Assembly: GCA_903919045.1 (NCBI GenBank)
Contig: CAIXGU010000272.1
Span: forward strand, 10,574-74,573
Source of the DNA: an uncultured Eubacteriales bacterium
GTDB lineage: Bacteria > Bacillota > Clostridia > Saccharofermentanales > UBA5734
DNA length: 64,000 nucleotides
Reading direction: 5' to 3'
This document shows positions 9,397-17,186 of this stretch, piece by piece. How positions within the stretch are numbered: position 1 is the first letter of the stretch; the number at the start of each line of letters is the position of its first letter. The notes beneath the pieces were generated by a model that made no database searches, was not told the DNA's origin, and saw nothing but the letters and a program-made list of their open reading frames with translations. Made by a program: the position numbers and the translations under genes.

Positions 9397-10358
9397 TGCC
9401 GGACTCCGGGAGCGCACCGCTGCTTCCGCGGGTCCTCGCCGTTGCGGGGCCGACTGCGAGCGGCAAGACCGCGGCGGCCGTGGCGCTCGCGCTCCGCATC
9501 GGCGGGGAAGTCGTCTCCGCCGACTCGATGCTGGTCTACCGCGGGATGGACATCGGAACGGCGAAGCCCGCCCCGGTGGAACGCCGGGGCGTCCCGCACC
9601 ACCTGATCGACGTCGCGGATCCGGGCGATTCCTTCAGCGTGGCCGACTACGCGCGCCTCGCGCGCATCGCGATCCGAGGGATCCTCGCCCGCGGTCGCGT
9701 GCCCATCGTCTGCGGCGGCACCGGCCAGTACCTGTCCGCCCTCGCCGACGGACTCTCGTTCCTCTCGGCCGCCCCGGACCCGGCGGTAAGGGCCCATCTC
9801 CTCGAGGAGGCCGGACGCCTGGGGAACGACGCGCTCCTCGCGCGCCTCGCCGCTGCGGACCCGGAGACCGCCGCACGGCTCCACGCCAACGACCGCAAGC
9901 GGATCGTGCGCGCGCTCGAGGTCCTGGAGACGACCGGCCGGACGGTCGCCGACCTGAACCGCGACTCCCGCTCCGAGCCTCCGGACTTCGCCGTCCGCAT
10001 CGCGGCGCTCTCGCCCGACCGGGAGGTCCTGTACCGCCGCTGCGATGCGCGCGTCGACCGCATGATCGCGCTCGGCCTCCGCGAGGAGGTCGCCGGACTG
10101 ATCGGAAGGGGAGTCCCCCTCTCGTCACAGGCGATGCAGGCCATCGGCTACAAGGAGATGGCCGCGCATCTCGCCGGCGCCTGCTCCCTCGACGAGGCCG
10201 CCGACCGCATCCGGCAGGCGACGCGCCGCTATGCGAAGCGCCAGCTCACCTGGCTGCGGGGGATGGAGGATGTCCGCTGGGTTCCCATCGCGGACGACGA
10301 ACCGTCGGGGCGCGTCGCGGAGAGGATCCTGGGCGTTTTCCCTGAATTCCTGACGTAA
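9396..10358 (+). CDS. miaA: tRNA dimethylallyltransferase
   Basis: 320 aa with P-loop GPTASGKT, then SADSMLVYRGMDIGTAKP. Its start overlaps the mutL stop (TGATG). Confidence 0.93.
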   Translation: MPDSGSAPLLPRVLAVAGPTASGKTAAAVALALRIGGEVVSADSMLVYRGMDIGTAKPAPVERRGVPHHLIDVADPGDSFSVADYARLARIAIRGILARGRVPIVCGGTGQYLSALADGLSFLSAAPDPAVRAHLLEEAGRLGNDALLARLAAADPETAARLHANDRKRIVRALEVLETTGRTVADLNRDSRSEPPDFAVRIAALSPDREVLYRRCDARVDRMIALGLREEVAGLIGRGVPLSSQAMQAIGYKEMAAHLAGACSLDEAADRIRQATRRYAKRQLTWLRGMEDVRWVPIADDEPSGRVAERILGVFPEFLT

Positions 10359-10535
10359 GGCTGTCCGGACAGGCTTTGCCTGATTTCGGACCCTTTCGAC
10401 TTCCGATCAGCCGAACGAAATACGGTGCACCGTACATCGTTGTTCGCACAGGAGCCCCTTCACGCTCCGCTTCCGGTACAATGAGGCTGCGCCGCATCGA
10501 GCGAAGCGGCGGAAGCGGTATGGAGGAAGCGGAGC

Positions 10536-10901
10536 ATGGCGACAGGAATGAACGTCCAGGATGTGTATCTGAACAAACTGCGGAAGAGCCCCGACGACGC
10601 CGTCCTCGAACTGATCGACGGCACGGAGAGGCGCGGGAAGCTGGTCGTGTTCGACCAGCACGCGATCCTGTTGTCCTGCAACGGCTGGGAGAAGCTGATC
10701 TACAAGAACAACATCCTCTGCGTCTATCCTGCGAAGCCGACGCTGAAGGTCTTCACCGAGGACCCGGAATGGGCCCGCAACCACGTCTACGGACCCGAGC
10801 AGCACGGCGTGCCCCCGGCGGGGAGCCTGACGCTCGGGGAGAACGGGACCTACCGCATGCCGATCCTACAGCGTCCGCACCAGACGTACTACCCGTCCTA
10901 G
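10536..10901 (+). CDS. hfq: RNA chaperone Hfq (variant Sm2 motif, long C-terminal tail)
   Basis: 121 aa with RBS GGAGGA 9 nt upstream. The Sm fold reads VQDVYLNKLRK..VLELIDGTERRGKLVVFDQHAILL..LIYKNNILCVYP. It follows miaA as in Firmicutes. The tail has high GC3, consistent with real coding sequence. Confidence 0.8.
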   Translation: MATGMNVQDVYLNKLRKSPDDAVLELIDGTERRGKLVVFDQHAILLSCNGWEKLIYKNNILCVYPAKPTLKVFTEDPEWARNHVYGPEQHGVPPAGSLTLGENGTYRMPILQRPHQTYYPS

Positions 10902-11495
10902 GATCCGGGTGTCGTCGGTCACGGGAATCGGCACGTAGGCCGGGTTCCTGGGTGCGAGCATATAGGAATCGCCTTCGCGCGAGAGGACCTTCACGGTCGC
11001 CTCGTCGCCGACGAGCGCCACGACGATCTCCCCGGGAGACGCCTGGCTCTGCCGCCGCACGAGCACGAGGTCGCCGGAGAGGATGCCCGCGTCGCGCATG
11101 CTGTCGCCCTTCACGGTGAGCAGGAAGGTCTCCGCGTCCTGCGGGACGAAGGAGACGGGGAACTCCACGTAGCGTTCGACGTTCTGCTCCGCGAGGATCG
11201 GAACGCCGGCGGCCACGGCGCCCAGGAGCGGGACCTCGAAGGTCCGGGCCGCCGGACCCGCGCCCGCGCCGAGGCTGATCGCGCGCCGGCGGCCGCTCGC
11301 GACTTCGAGGCGTCCCGAATCGCGCAGGCGCTGCAAATGGCTGTGGACCGTGGAAGTCGACCGGATGCCGGTCGCGTCGCAGATCTCGCGCACGGACGGC
11401 GCGTAGCCCTCCGTGCGGACGAATTCGGTGATGAAGTCGTAGATCAGCTTGCCGGTCGACGTCAGGTTCTTGCGCGTGAACGGACGATTCGCCAT
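10866..11495 (-). CDS. lexA: SOS repressor LexA
   Basis: 209 aa with an N-terminal wHTH (GYAPSVREICDATGIRSTSTVHSHLQRL). The S24 peptidase domain has GDSM and a downstream Lys. An SOS box lies in its own promoter. Confidence 0.95.
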   Translation of the reverse strand: MANRPFTRKNLTSTGKLIYDFITEFVRTEGYAPSVREICDATGIRSTSTVHSHLQRLRDSGRLEVASGRRRAISLGAGAGPAARTFEVPLLGAVAAGVPILAEQNVERYVEFPVSFVPQDAETFLLTVKGDSMRDAGILSGDLVLVRRQSQASPGEIVVALVGDEATVKVLSREGDSYMLAPRNPAYVPIPVTDDTRILGRVVRLVRTL

Positions 11496-11554
11496 CTCGG
11501 CCTCCGGAGCCGTCCTGCAGGGTCCTTCGCCGGACCTGCGGCGGCTCTGCGCCT

Positions 11555-11583
11555 ATTATAGCGGCGTGCGCGCGCGGAGTCAA
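11555..11583 (-). promoter_or_regulatory. lexA promoter (-35 TTGACT / 17 nt / -10 TATAAT)
   Basis: Read on the minus strand: TTGACT (11583-11578), a 17-nt spacer, then TATAAT (11560-11555). The -35 shares its first 3 nt with the SOS box. Confidence 0.6.
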
Positions 11584-11594
11584 ACATATGTTCG
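11581..11594. promoter_or_regulatory. LexA operator (Cheo/SOS box) CGAACATATGTTTG
   Basis: The plus strand reads CAAACATATGTTCG, a 13/14 match to the Firmicutes consensus CGAACnnnnGTTCG. It overlaps the lexA -35 element. Confidence 0.8.
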
Positions 11595-11636
11595 GAATCC
11601 GTTCGACCGGACAGGATGCCGCGTCGGCGCCGATTG

Positions 11637-11645
11637 TGGTAGAAT
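11637..11645 (+). promoter_or_regulatory. Extended -10 element TGGTAGAAT upstream of ORF 11730
   Basis: A TGnTAGAAT sequence lies 85 nt upstream of the ATG at 11730. No good -35 is present. Confidence 0.4.
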
Positions 11646-11729
11646 CCGCTTGACCGCCCGGCGGGCGCCTTCGCGCCGCTCGCCGCCGCAACGGCCGCAG
11701 CGCGGCCGAACGTCCGCTGGAGGATCCCG

Positions 11730-12095
11730 ATGCCGACCGTCCGCACCCCGAATCTGCCGCAGCCGGGCGCCGGTCCGTTCCGGAACCGCCGCAACGACAT
11801 CGACCAGCGCCGCATCGCGATGAGGATCGCCCGCGGCCTTCCGGGCGTCGACGGCAAGACGAGATTCTCGCTGCGGCTCTGGCTGCCGCTGGGACGTCCG
11901 CGCGTGTATCGGCTGAAAGGATACGCCACCCTGAAGAACGTCCGCCGGAAGCTCCTGGCGGGAAGGACGCAGCGCTTCCTCTGGAGGCTGCTGATCGTCG
12001 CCGTGCTGCTGATCGCTGTCGCGTATCTGCTGCTGCGCCTGAATCCCTTCGAGAACCTGCCCGAGATCTTCCGCATGCTCGGCATCACGAAGTAG
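11730..12095 (+). CDS. Hypothetical small basic membrane protein (divergent from lexA)
   Basis: 121 aa with high GC3 codon usage. The N-terminal part is Arg-rich, with one predicted TM helix (FLWRLLIVAVLLIAVAYLLLRL) and a short tail. No family recognised. It is followed by an intrinsic terminator. The start could instead be the internal Met at 11820. Confidence 0.55.
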   Translation: MPTVRTPNLPQPGAGPFRNRRNDIDQRRIAMRIARGLPGVDGKTRFSLRLWLPLGRPRVYRLKGYATLKNVRRKLLAGRTQRFLWRLLIVAVLLIAVAYLLLRLNPFENLPEIFRMLGITK

Positions 12096-12141
12096 GAGAG
12101 CCCTGCGGTCCAGCGACCGGAATCCGTCGAAGGAAGAGGGG

Positions 12142-12180
12142 ACCCGGGTCCGGAAGTTCATTCCGGATCCGGGTTTTCCT
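12142..12180 (+). terminator. Rho-independent terminator after ORF 11730-12095
   Basis: A 14-bp stem pairs ACCCGGGTCCGGAA with TTCCGGATCCGGGT (one G-U pair). The loop is GTTCA, followed by TTTCCTCGTTTC. Confidence 0.7.
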
Positions 12181-12205
12181 CGTTTCGGTCTTTCGCCTCT
12201 TCTAT

Positions 12206-12233
12206 ATTAGTCAAAATTATTATTTTACGCAAT
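12206..12233. other. AT-rich 11-6-11 dyad, candidate Xer/dif-like core site
   Basis: The sequence is ATTAGTCAAAA-TTATTA-TTTTACGCAAT, inside a roughly 50-bp AT-rich island in a convergent spacer. Its reverse complement matches E. coli dif at 16/28 by hand alignment, but it lacks the TTATG of the XerD arm. Confidence 0.3.
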
Positions 12234-12294
12234 AACGCGACATGAAAGAGGCGGGCCGTCGCCGACCCGCCGCAGGCGCTTCGAGCGCCCCTCC

Positions 12295-13383
<1,089 letters not shown>

Positions 13384-13458
13384 CTTCCCTCGAACCTGCC
13401 TTTCCTTCGGTGCGTTCCGGCTGTCCACGTAGAGCGGACATTTGTCCGCTATTGGCGC

Positions 13459-13487
13459 ATTCTATCACATCGCACCGGTCCTGCGCA
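13459..13487 (-). promoter_or_regulatory. asd promoter with extended -10 TGATAGAAT
   Basis: On the minus strand TGATAGAAT occupies 13467-13459. A weak -35, TGCGCA, lies 17 nt upstream at 13487-13482. Confidence 0.45.
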
Positions 13488-13588
13488 ACCCATTGTACCG
13501 GATTCCGGGGCCTCCCGGCGGGGCGGTGGCGGCGCGTGACGGCTGCGGCGCGCTTCCGCTACAATGGAGGCGGACGGAGGTGACGGAG

Positions 13589-14644
13589 ATGGCCCGGAAC
13601 GACCGCAGCGCGCAGACCGGCGAAGGCTCCCGGGATCCCCGGTACGCGCGCGACGTCTTCCCCGTCCTCGACGGTTTCCTCGGCCACCTGCAGGCGATCC
13701 TCGGGCGCTCCCCCCTGACCGTGCGGGAGTACCGCTACGACCTCCAGATGTTCTTCCGCTACCTGAAGCGCCAGCGCGACCCGTCCCTCTCTTCCCTGCC
13801 CTTCGGCGAGACGCCGATCGACGATGTCGACGAGGCGTTCCTGCGCGCGATCGCGCTCAACGACCTCTACGCCTTCGTGACCTGGCTCAGCCGGGACCGC
13901 AAGGCCTCCGCCGCGACGCGCGCCCGCAAGGTCGCGACGCTGCGCTCCTTCTTCAAGTACCTGAAGAACAAGGCGCGCGTGATCTCCGAGGACCCCGCCT
14001 CCGAACTCGACACGCCTAAGGGGATCCGCCGCCTGCCGCGCCACCTGTCCCTCGACGAGAGCCGGCGGCTCCTCTCCGCGGCCGACGAGGGCGACGAGGC
14101 CTACCCCGAGCGCGACTACTGCATCCTCACGCTGTTCCTCAACTGCGGCCTGCGCCTCTCCGAGCTCGTGGGCATCGACCTCGCGCGCATCCGCGACGAG
14201 CGCCTCACCGTGCTCGGCAAGGGCGCCAAGGAGCGCACCGTATACCTGAACGGCGCGAGCCTCGAGGCGCTCGAGGCCTGGCTCGCCGCGCGCGCGAAGA
14301 TGCCGGTCCGGGACCGCGCCGCGCTTTTCGTGAGCCGCCGCGGGACGCGGATCAGCACGAAGATGGTCCAGGTGATCGTCAAGCGGTACATCCGCTCGGC
14401 CGGGCTCGACCCGACCCGCTACTCCACGCACAAGCTGCGGCACACCGCGGCGACCCTCATGTACAAGTACGGCAAGGTCGACATCCGCGCCCTCCAGCGG
14501 ATCCTCGGCCACGAGAGCATCGCCACGACCGAGATCTACACGCACGTCGACGACGCGCAGCTGCAGGACGCGGTCGAGGCGAACCCGCTCGCCGCCGAGC
14601 GGCGCGGCCGGAAGCGCTCCGGCGTCGCCCCGTCGGGGTCCTAG
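13589..14644 (+). CDS. Xer-family tyrosine site-specific recombinase (long form)
   Basis: 351 aa from the internal ATG of ORF 13442-14644. The N-terminal SAM-like domain has LTVREYRYDLQMFFRYL. The catalytic C-terminus reads HKLRHTAATLMY...LGHESIATTEIYTHV. Confidence 0.88.
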   Translation: MARNDRSAQTGEGSRDPRYARDVFPVLDGFLGHLQAILGRSPLTVREYRYDLQMFFRYLKRQRDPSLSSLPFGETPIDDVDEAFLRAIALNDLYAFVTWLSRDRKASAATRARKVATLRSFFKYLKNKARVISEDPASELDTPKGIRRLPRHLSLDESRRLLSAADEGDEAYPERDYCILTLFLNCGLRLSELVGIDLARIRDERLTVLGKGAKERTVYLNGASLEALEAWLAARAKMPVRDRAALFVSRRGTRISTKMVQVIVKRYIRSAGLDPTRYSTHKLRHTAATLMYKYGKVDIRALQRILGHESIATTEIYTHVDDAQLQDAVEANPLAAERRGRKRSGVAPSGS

Positions 14645-15588
14645 GCGCTGAAATCGGGCGTGTAGCCCTCGTCCGCGCTGCCCTTCTCCTGCGTCCAGAC
14701 ATCCGTGAAGCCGAGCGCGACGGCCGCGTCGACGACCTTGCGGTACTCGTGCGTCGTAAGCCGGCGCGACAGCCCGGGATAGCCGGGGATGCCGCCGAGG
14801 GCGCGGTGCATGGGCACGTACTGCCGCATCAGCGACAGCGGCGCGTCGAGCGGGAGGTTCCGGGCCATCCAGTCGAGGATGGAGAGGGTCTCGGGGACGA
14901 GGCCGGGCAGGACGAGGTGCCGCACGGCGACGCCCCGGAGCAGCCGTCCTTCCGCGCTGCGGACGGGCGGCCCGGCGATCCGGTGCATCGCGCGCACCGC
15001 TTCCGATGCCCGGGCGAAGTAGTCGGACGCGCCGCACAGGTCCCGCGAGACGGTCTCCGAGAAGAACTTCAGGTCCGGAAGGAAGACGTCGACCGTGCCG
15101 GCGAGCGTCGCGAGCGTCTCGAACGTCTCGTAGGCGTTCGAGTTCCACACGACGGGCACCGCGAGGCCGCGACGACGGGCGACGGCCACGGCCGCGACGA
15201 CCCCCGGGGCGAAGTGCGAGGGCGTCACGAGGTCGATGTTCTCGGCCCCCTGCCGCTGCAGGTCCAGCATCGCTTCCGCGGCCGCCTCCGGGGTCCGGGT
15301 CACCCCGACGTCCGCCTGGCTGACCCCGGCGTTCTGGCAGAAGGCGCAGCGCAGGCTGCAGCCAGAGAGGAAGACCGCCCCGCTTCCGCCCGGACCGGCC
15401 AGGAAAGGCTCCTCCCAGCGGTGGACCATCGTCTTCGCGACGCGCAGGACGGACGAGGGAGCGGAGGTCCGGCATTGGCCGGCGCCCCCGCTCCCCCCCG
15501 CCCCGATTCCGTCCCGCAGCGCGCCGCAAGCGCACGGGCAGAGCCGGCAGCCGCCGTCAGACGGCTTCGATGAAGCGCTTGTAGGCAA
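14641..15588 (-). CDS. Radical SAM protein, PflX-like (PFL-activase-related, COG1313-type)
   Basis: 315 aa with an N-terminal Cys cluster CRLCPCACG and radical-SAM motif GCSLRCAFCQN. The only in-frame start is TTG at 15588, which overlaps the upstream gene by 32 nt, so the start is uncertain. Confidence 0.75.
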   Translation of the reverse strand: MPTSASSKPSDGGCRLCPCACGALRDGIGAGGSGGAGQCRTSAPSSVLRVAKTMVHRWEEPFLAGPGGSGAVFLSGCSLRCAFCQNAGVSQADVGVTRTPEAAAEAMLDLQRQGAENIDLVTPSHFAPGVVAAVAVARRRGLAVPVVWNSNAYETFETLATLAGTVDVFLPDLKFFSETVSRDLCGASDYFARASEAVRAMHRIAGPPVRSAEGRLLRGVAVRHLVLPGLVPETLSILDWMARNLPLDAPLSLMRQYVPMHRALGGIPGYPGLSRRLTTHEYRKVVDAAVALGFTDVWTQEKGSADEGYTPDFSA

Positions 15589-17065
15589 GGTAGGTGAAGT
15601 AGACGTCGATCTTGCTCGTGACCTCGAACGGCCCGTGCATCGACAGGACGGGCACGCCGCAGTCGAGCACCTCCATCCCGAGATTGGCCATGTACTTCGC
15701 GATCGTTCCGCCGCCGCCGAAGTCGACCTTGCCGAGCTCGCCGGTCTGCCAGGGGATGCCGGCGGCGTCGAGCGCGCGGATCACCTCGGCGAAGAACTCG
15801 GCGTTCGCATCGCTCGCGTCGCTCTTGCCGCGGTGCCCCGTGTACTTCTCGAGCACGATGCCCTTGCCCATGTAGGCCGAGTTCTTCGGGTCGGAGACCG
15901 ACGCGAAGGTCGGATCGTAGCCGACGCTCACGTCGGCGGACAGCATCTTCGAGTTCTCGAGGCACCGGTGGAAGGCGATCTCGTCGTAGCCGCCGTTCGT
16001 CCGCGCGAACACGTCGGCCAGGAAGTTCACGTAGAGGCGCGACTGCGCCCCGGTGTTGCCCTCGCTGCCGATCTCCTCCTTGTCGGAGAGGACGCACACG
16101 ACGGTCTTGTCCGTCTTCTCCTCGGCCGTGACGGCGGCGAGCGCGGCGAACGCGCACACGCGGTCGTCCTGTCCGTACGCGCCGATCATCGCCCGGTCGA
16201 AGCCGACGTCGCGCGCCTGGAAGGCGGGCACGATCTCGAGCTCGGCGGAGACGAGGTCGCGCTCCGTGACGCCGTAGCGCTCGTCCAGGAGCTGCAGGAA
16301 GGCGAGGCGGAAGCGCCCGGAGACGTCCTTGTCGCCGTACGGCAGGCTCGCGACGAGCAGGTTCAGCTCCTCGCCCTTCAGCGTCTCGCTCGCCTTGCGG
16401 GCCATCTGCTCCTGGCCGAGGTGCGGCAGGAGGTCGGTGATCGTGAAGACGGGGTCGCCCGGCTTCTCGCCGACGGAGACCGCCACCTTGGAGCCGTCCG
16501 CCTTCACCACGACGCCGTGGAGAGAGAGCGGCATCGACGCCCACTGGTACTTCTTGATGCCGCCGTAGTAGTGCGTCTTCAGGAAGACCATGTCCGCGTC
16601 CTCGTAGACCGGCACGGGCTTCAGGTCGATGCGCGGCGAGTCGATGTGCGCGCCGAGGAGGTTGAACCCCGCCGTCGCCGGCTTGCGCCCGACGACCGCG
16701 CACAGGAAGGCCTTGCCCTTCAGGTTGCGGTAGACCTTCGCGCCCGGCTTCAGGACCTTCGGCGCCTTCTCGAGGTCCACGTAGCCGAGCGATTCGACGG
16801 TCTCGACGGCGGCGATCGTGAACTCGCGCTCGGTCTTGCCGAGGTCGAGCATCTTCATGTACTCCTCGGCGAACTCGAAGGCCGCGGAGCGGTCATCGGC
16901 GCTCGCCACGTCCCACAGGTTCGGATATTCCTTGAACAGCTTCTCCTTGAGGGCCTTCGCGGCTTCCTTCGCCGCGTCCTTGCCGTCCGGCTTCGCCGCG
17001 GCCGTCCTGGGGCTCTTCGGGGCCTTCGCGGCCTTCGGGGTCCTCGGGTTCTTCGGGGTCGCCAT
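15557..17065 (-). CDS. M18-family aminopeptidase with Lys/Ala/Pro-rich N-terminal tail
   Basis: 502 aa from Met58 of ORF 15557-17236, with RBS AAGGAGGAG upstream. Motifs include GAHIDSPRIDLKP, YGQDDRVCAFAAL, EEIGSEGNTGAQS and SMHGPFE. Confidence 0.88.
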   Translation of the reverse strand: MATPKNPRTPKAAKAPKSPRTAAAKPDGKDAAKEAAKALKEKLFKEYPNLWDVASADDRSAAFEFAEEYMKMLDLGKTEREFTIAAVETVESLGYVDLEKAPKVLKPGAKVYRNLKGKAFLCAVVGRKPATAGFNLLGAHIDSPRIDLKPVPVYEDADMVFLKTHYYGGIKKYQWASMPLSLHGVVVKADGSKVAVSVGEKPGDPVFTITDLLPHLGQEQMARKASETLKGEELNLLVASLPYGDKDVSGRFRLAFLQLLDERYGVTERDLVSAELEIVPAFQARDVGFDRAMIGAYGQDDRVCAFAALAAVTAEEKTDKTVVCVLSDKEEIGSEGNTGAQSRLYVNFLADVFARTNGGYDEIAFHRCLENSKMLSADVSVGYDPTFASVSDPKNSAYMGKGIVLEKYTGHRGKSDASDANAEFFAEVIRALDAAGIPWQTGELGKVDFGGGGTIAKYMANLGMEVLDCGVPVLSMHGPFEVTSKIDVYFTYLAYKRFIEAV

Positions 17066-17186
17066 CGCTTCTCCTCCTTGATGATCCAAATCCCCGTCCG
17101 GCGCCTTTCCAAGGGCCTTCCGGGGCGGTTTGCACGCGGGTCCATTATAGGGTATTTTCAAGGTCATGGACAAGGGAGGACGCCCG

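Noticed and set aside
10359-10395. Palindrome CTGTCCGGACAG after miaA as an intrinsic terminator
   Set aside because: As RNA it gives only a 4-bp stem with a 4-nt loop and an interrupted T-run. That is too weak to call.
12206-12233. Calling the AT-rich dyad a confirmed dif site
   Set aside because: It is kept only as a hypothesis. The match to B. subtilis dif is poor (about 5/11 per arm by hand) and the conserved TTATG of the XerD arm is missing. I cannot compute GC skew or search relatives here.
13589-14644. Xer-family recombinase as the integrase of a mobile element or prophage
   Set aside because: There are no flanking direct repeats, phage or conjugation genes, or compositional break. 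The neighbours are housekeeping genes (asd, radical SAM, aminopeptidase). The sequence looks like a chromosomal Xer-type protein and not a phage integrase.
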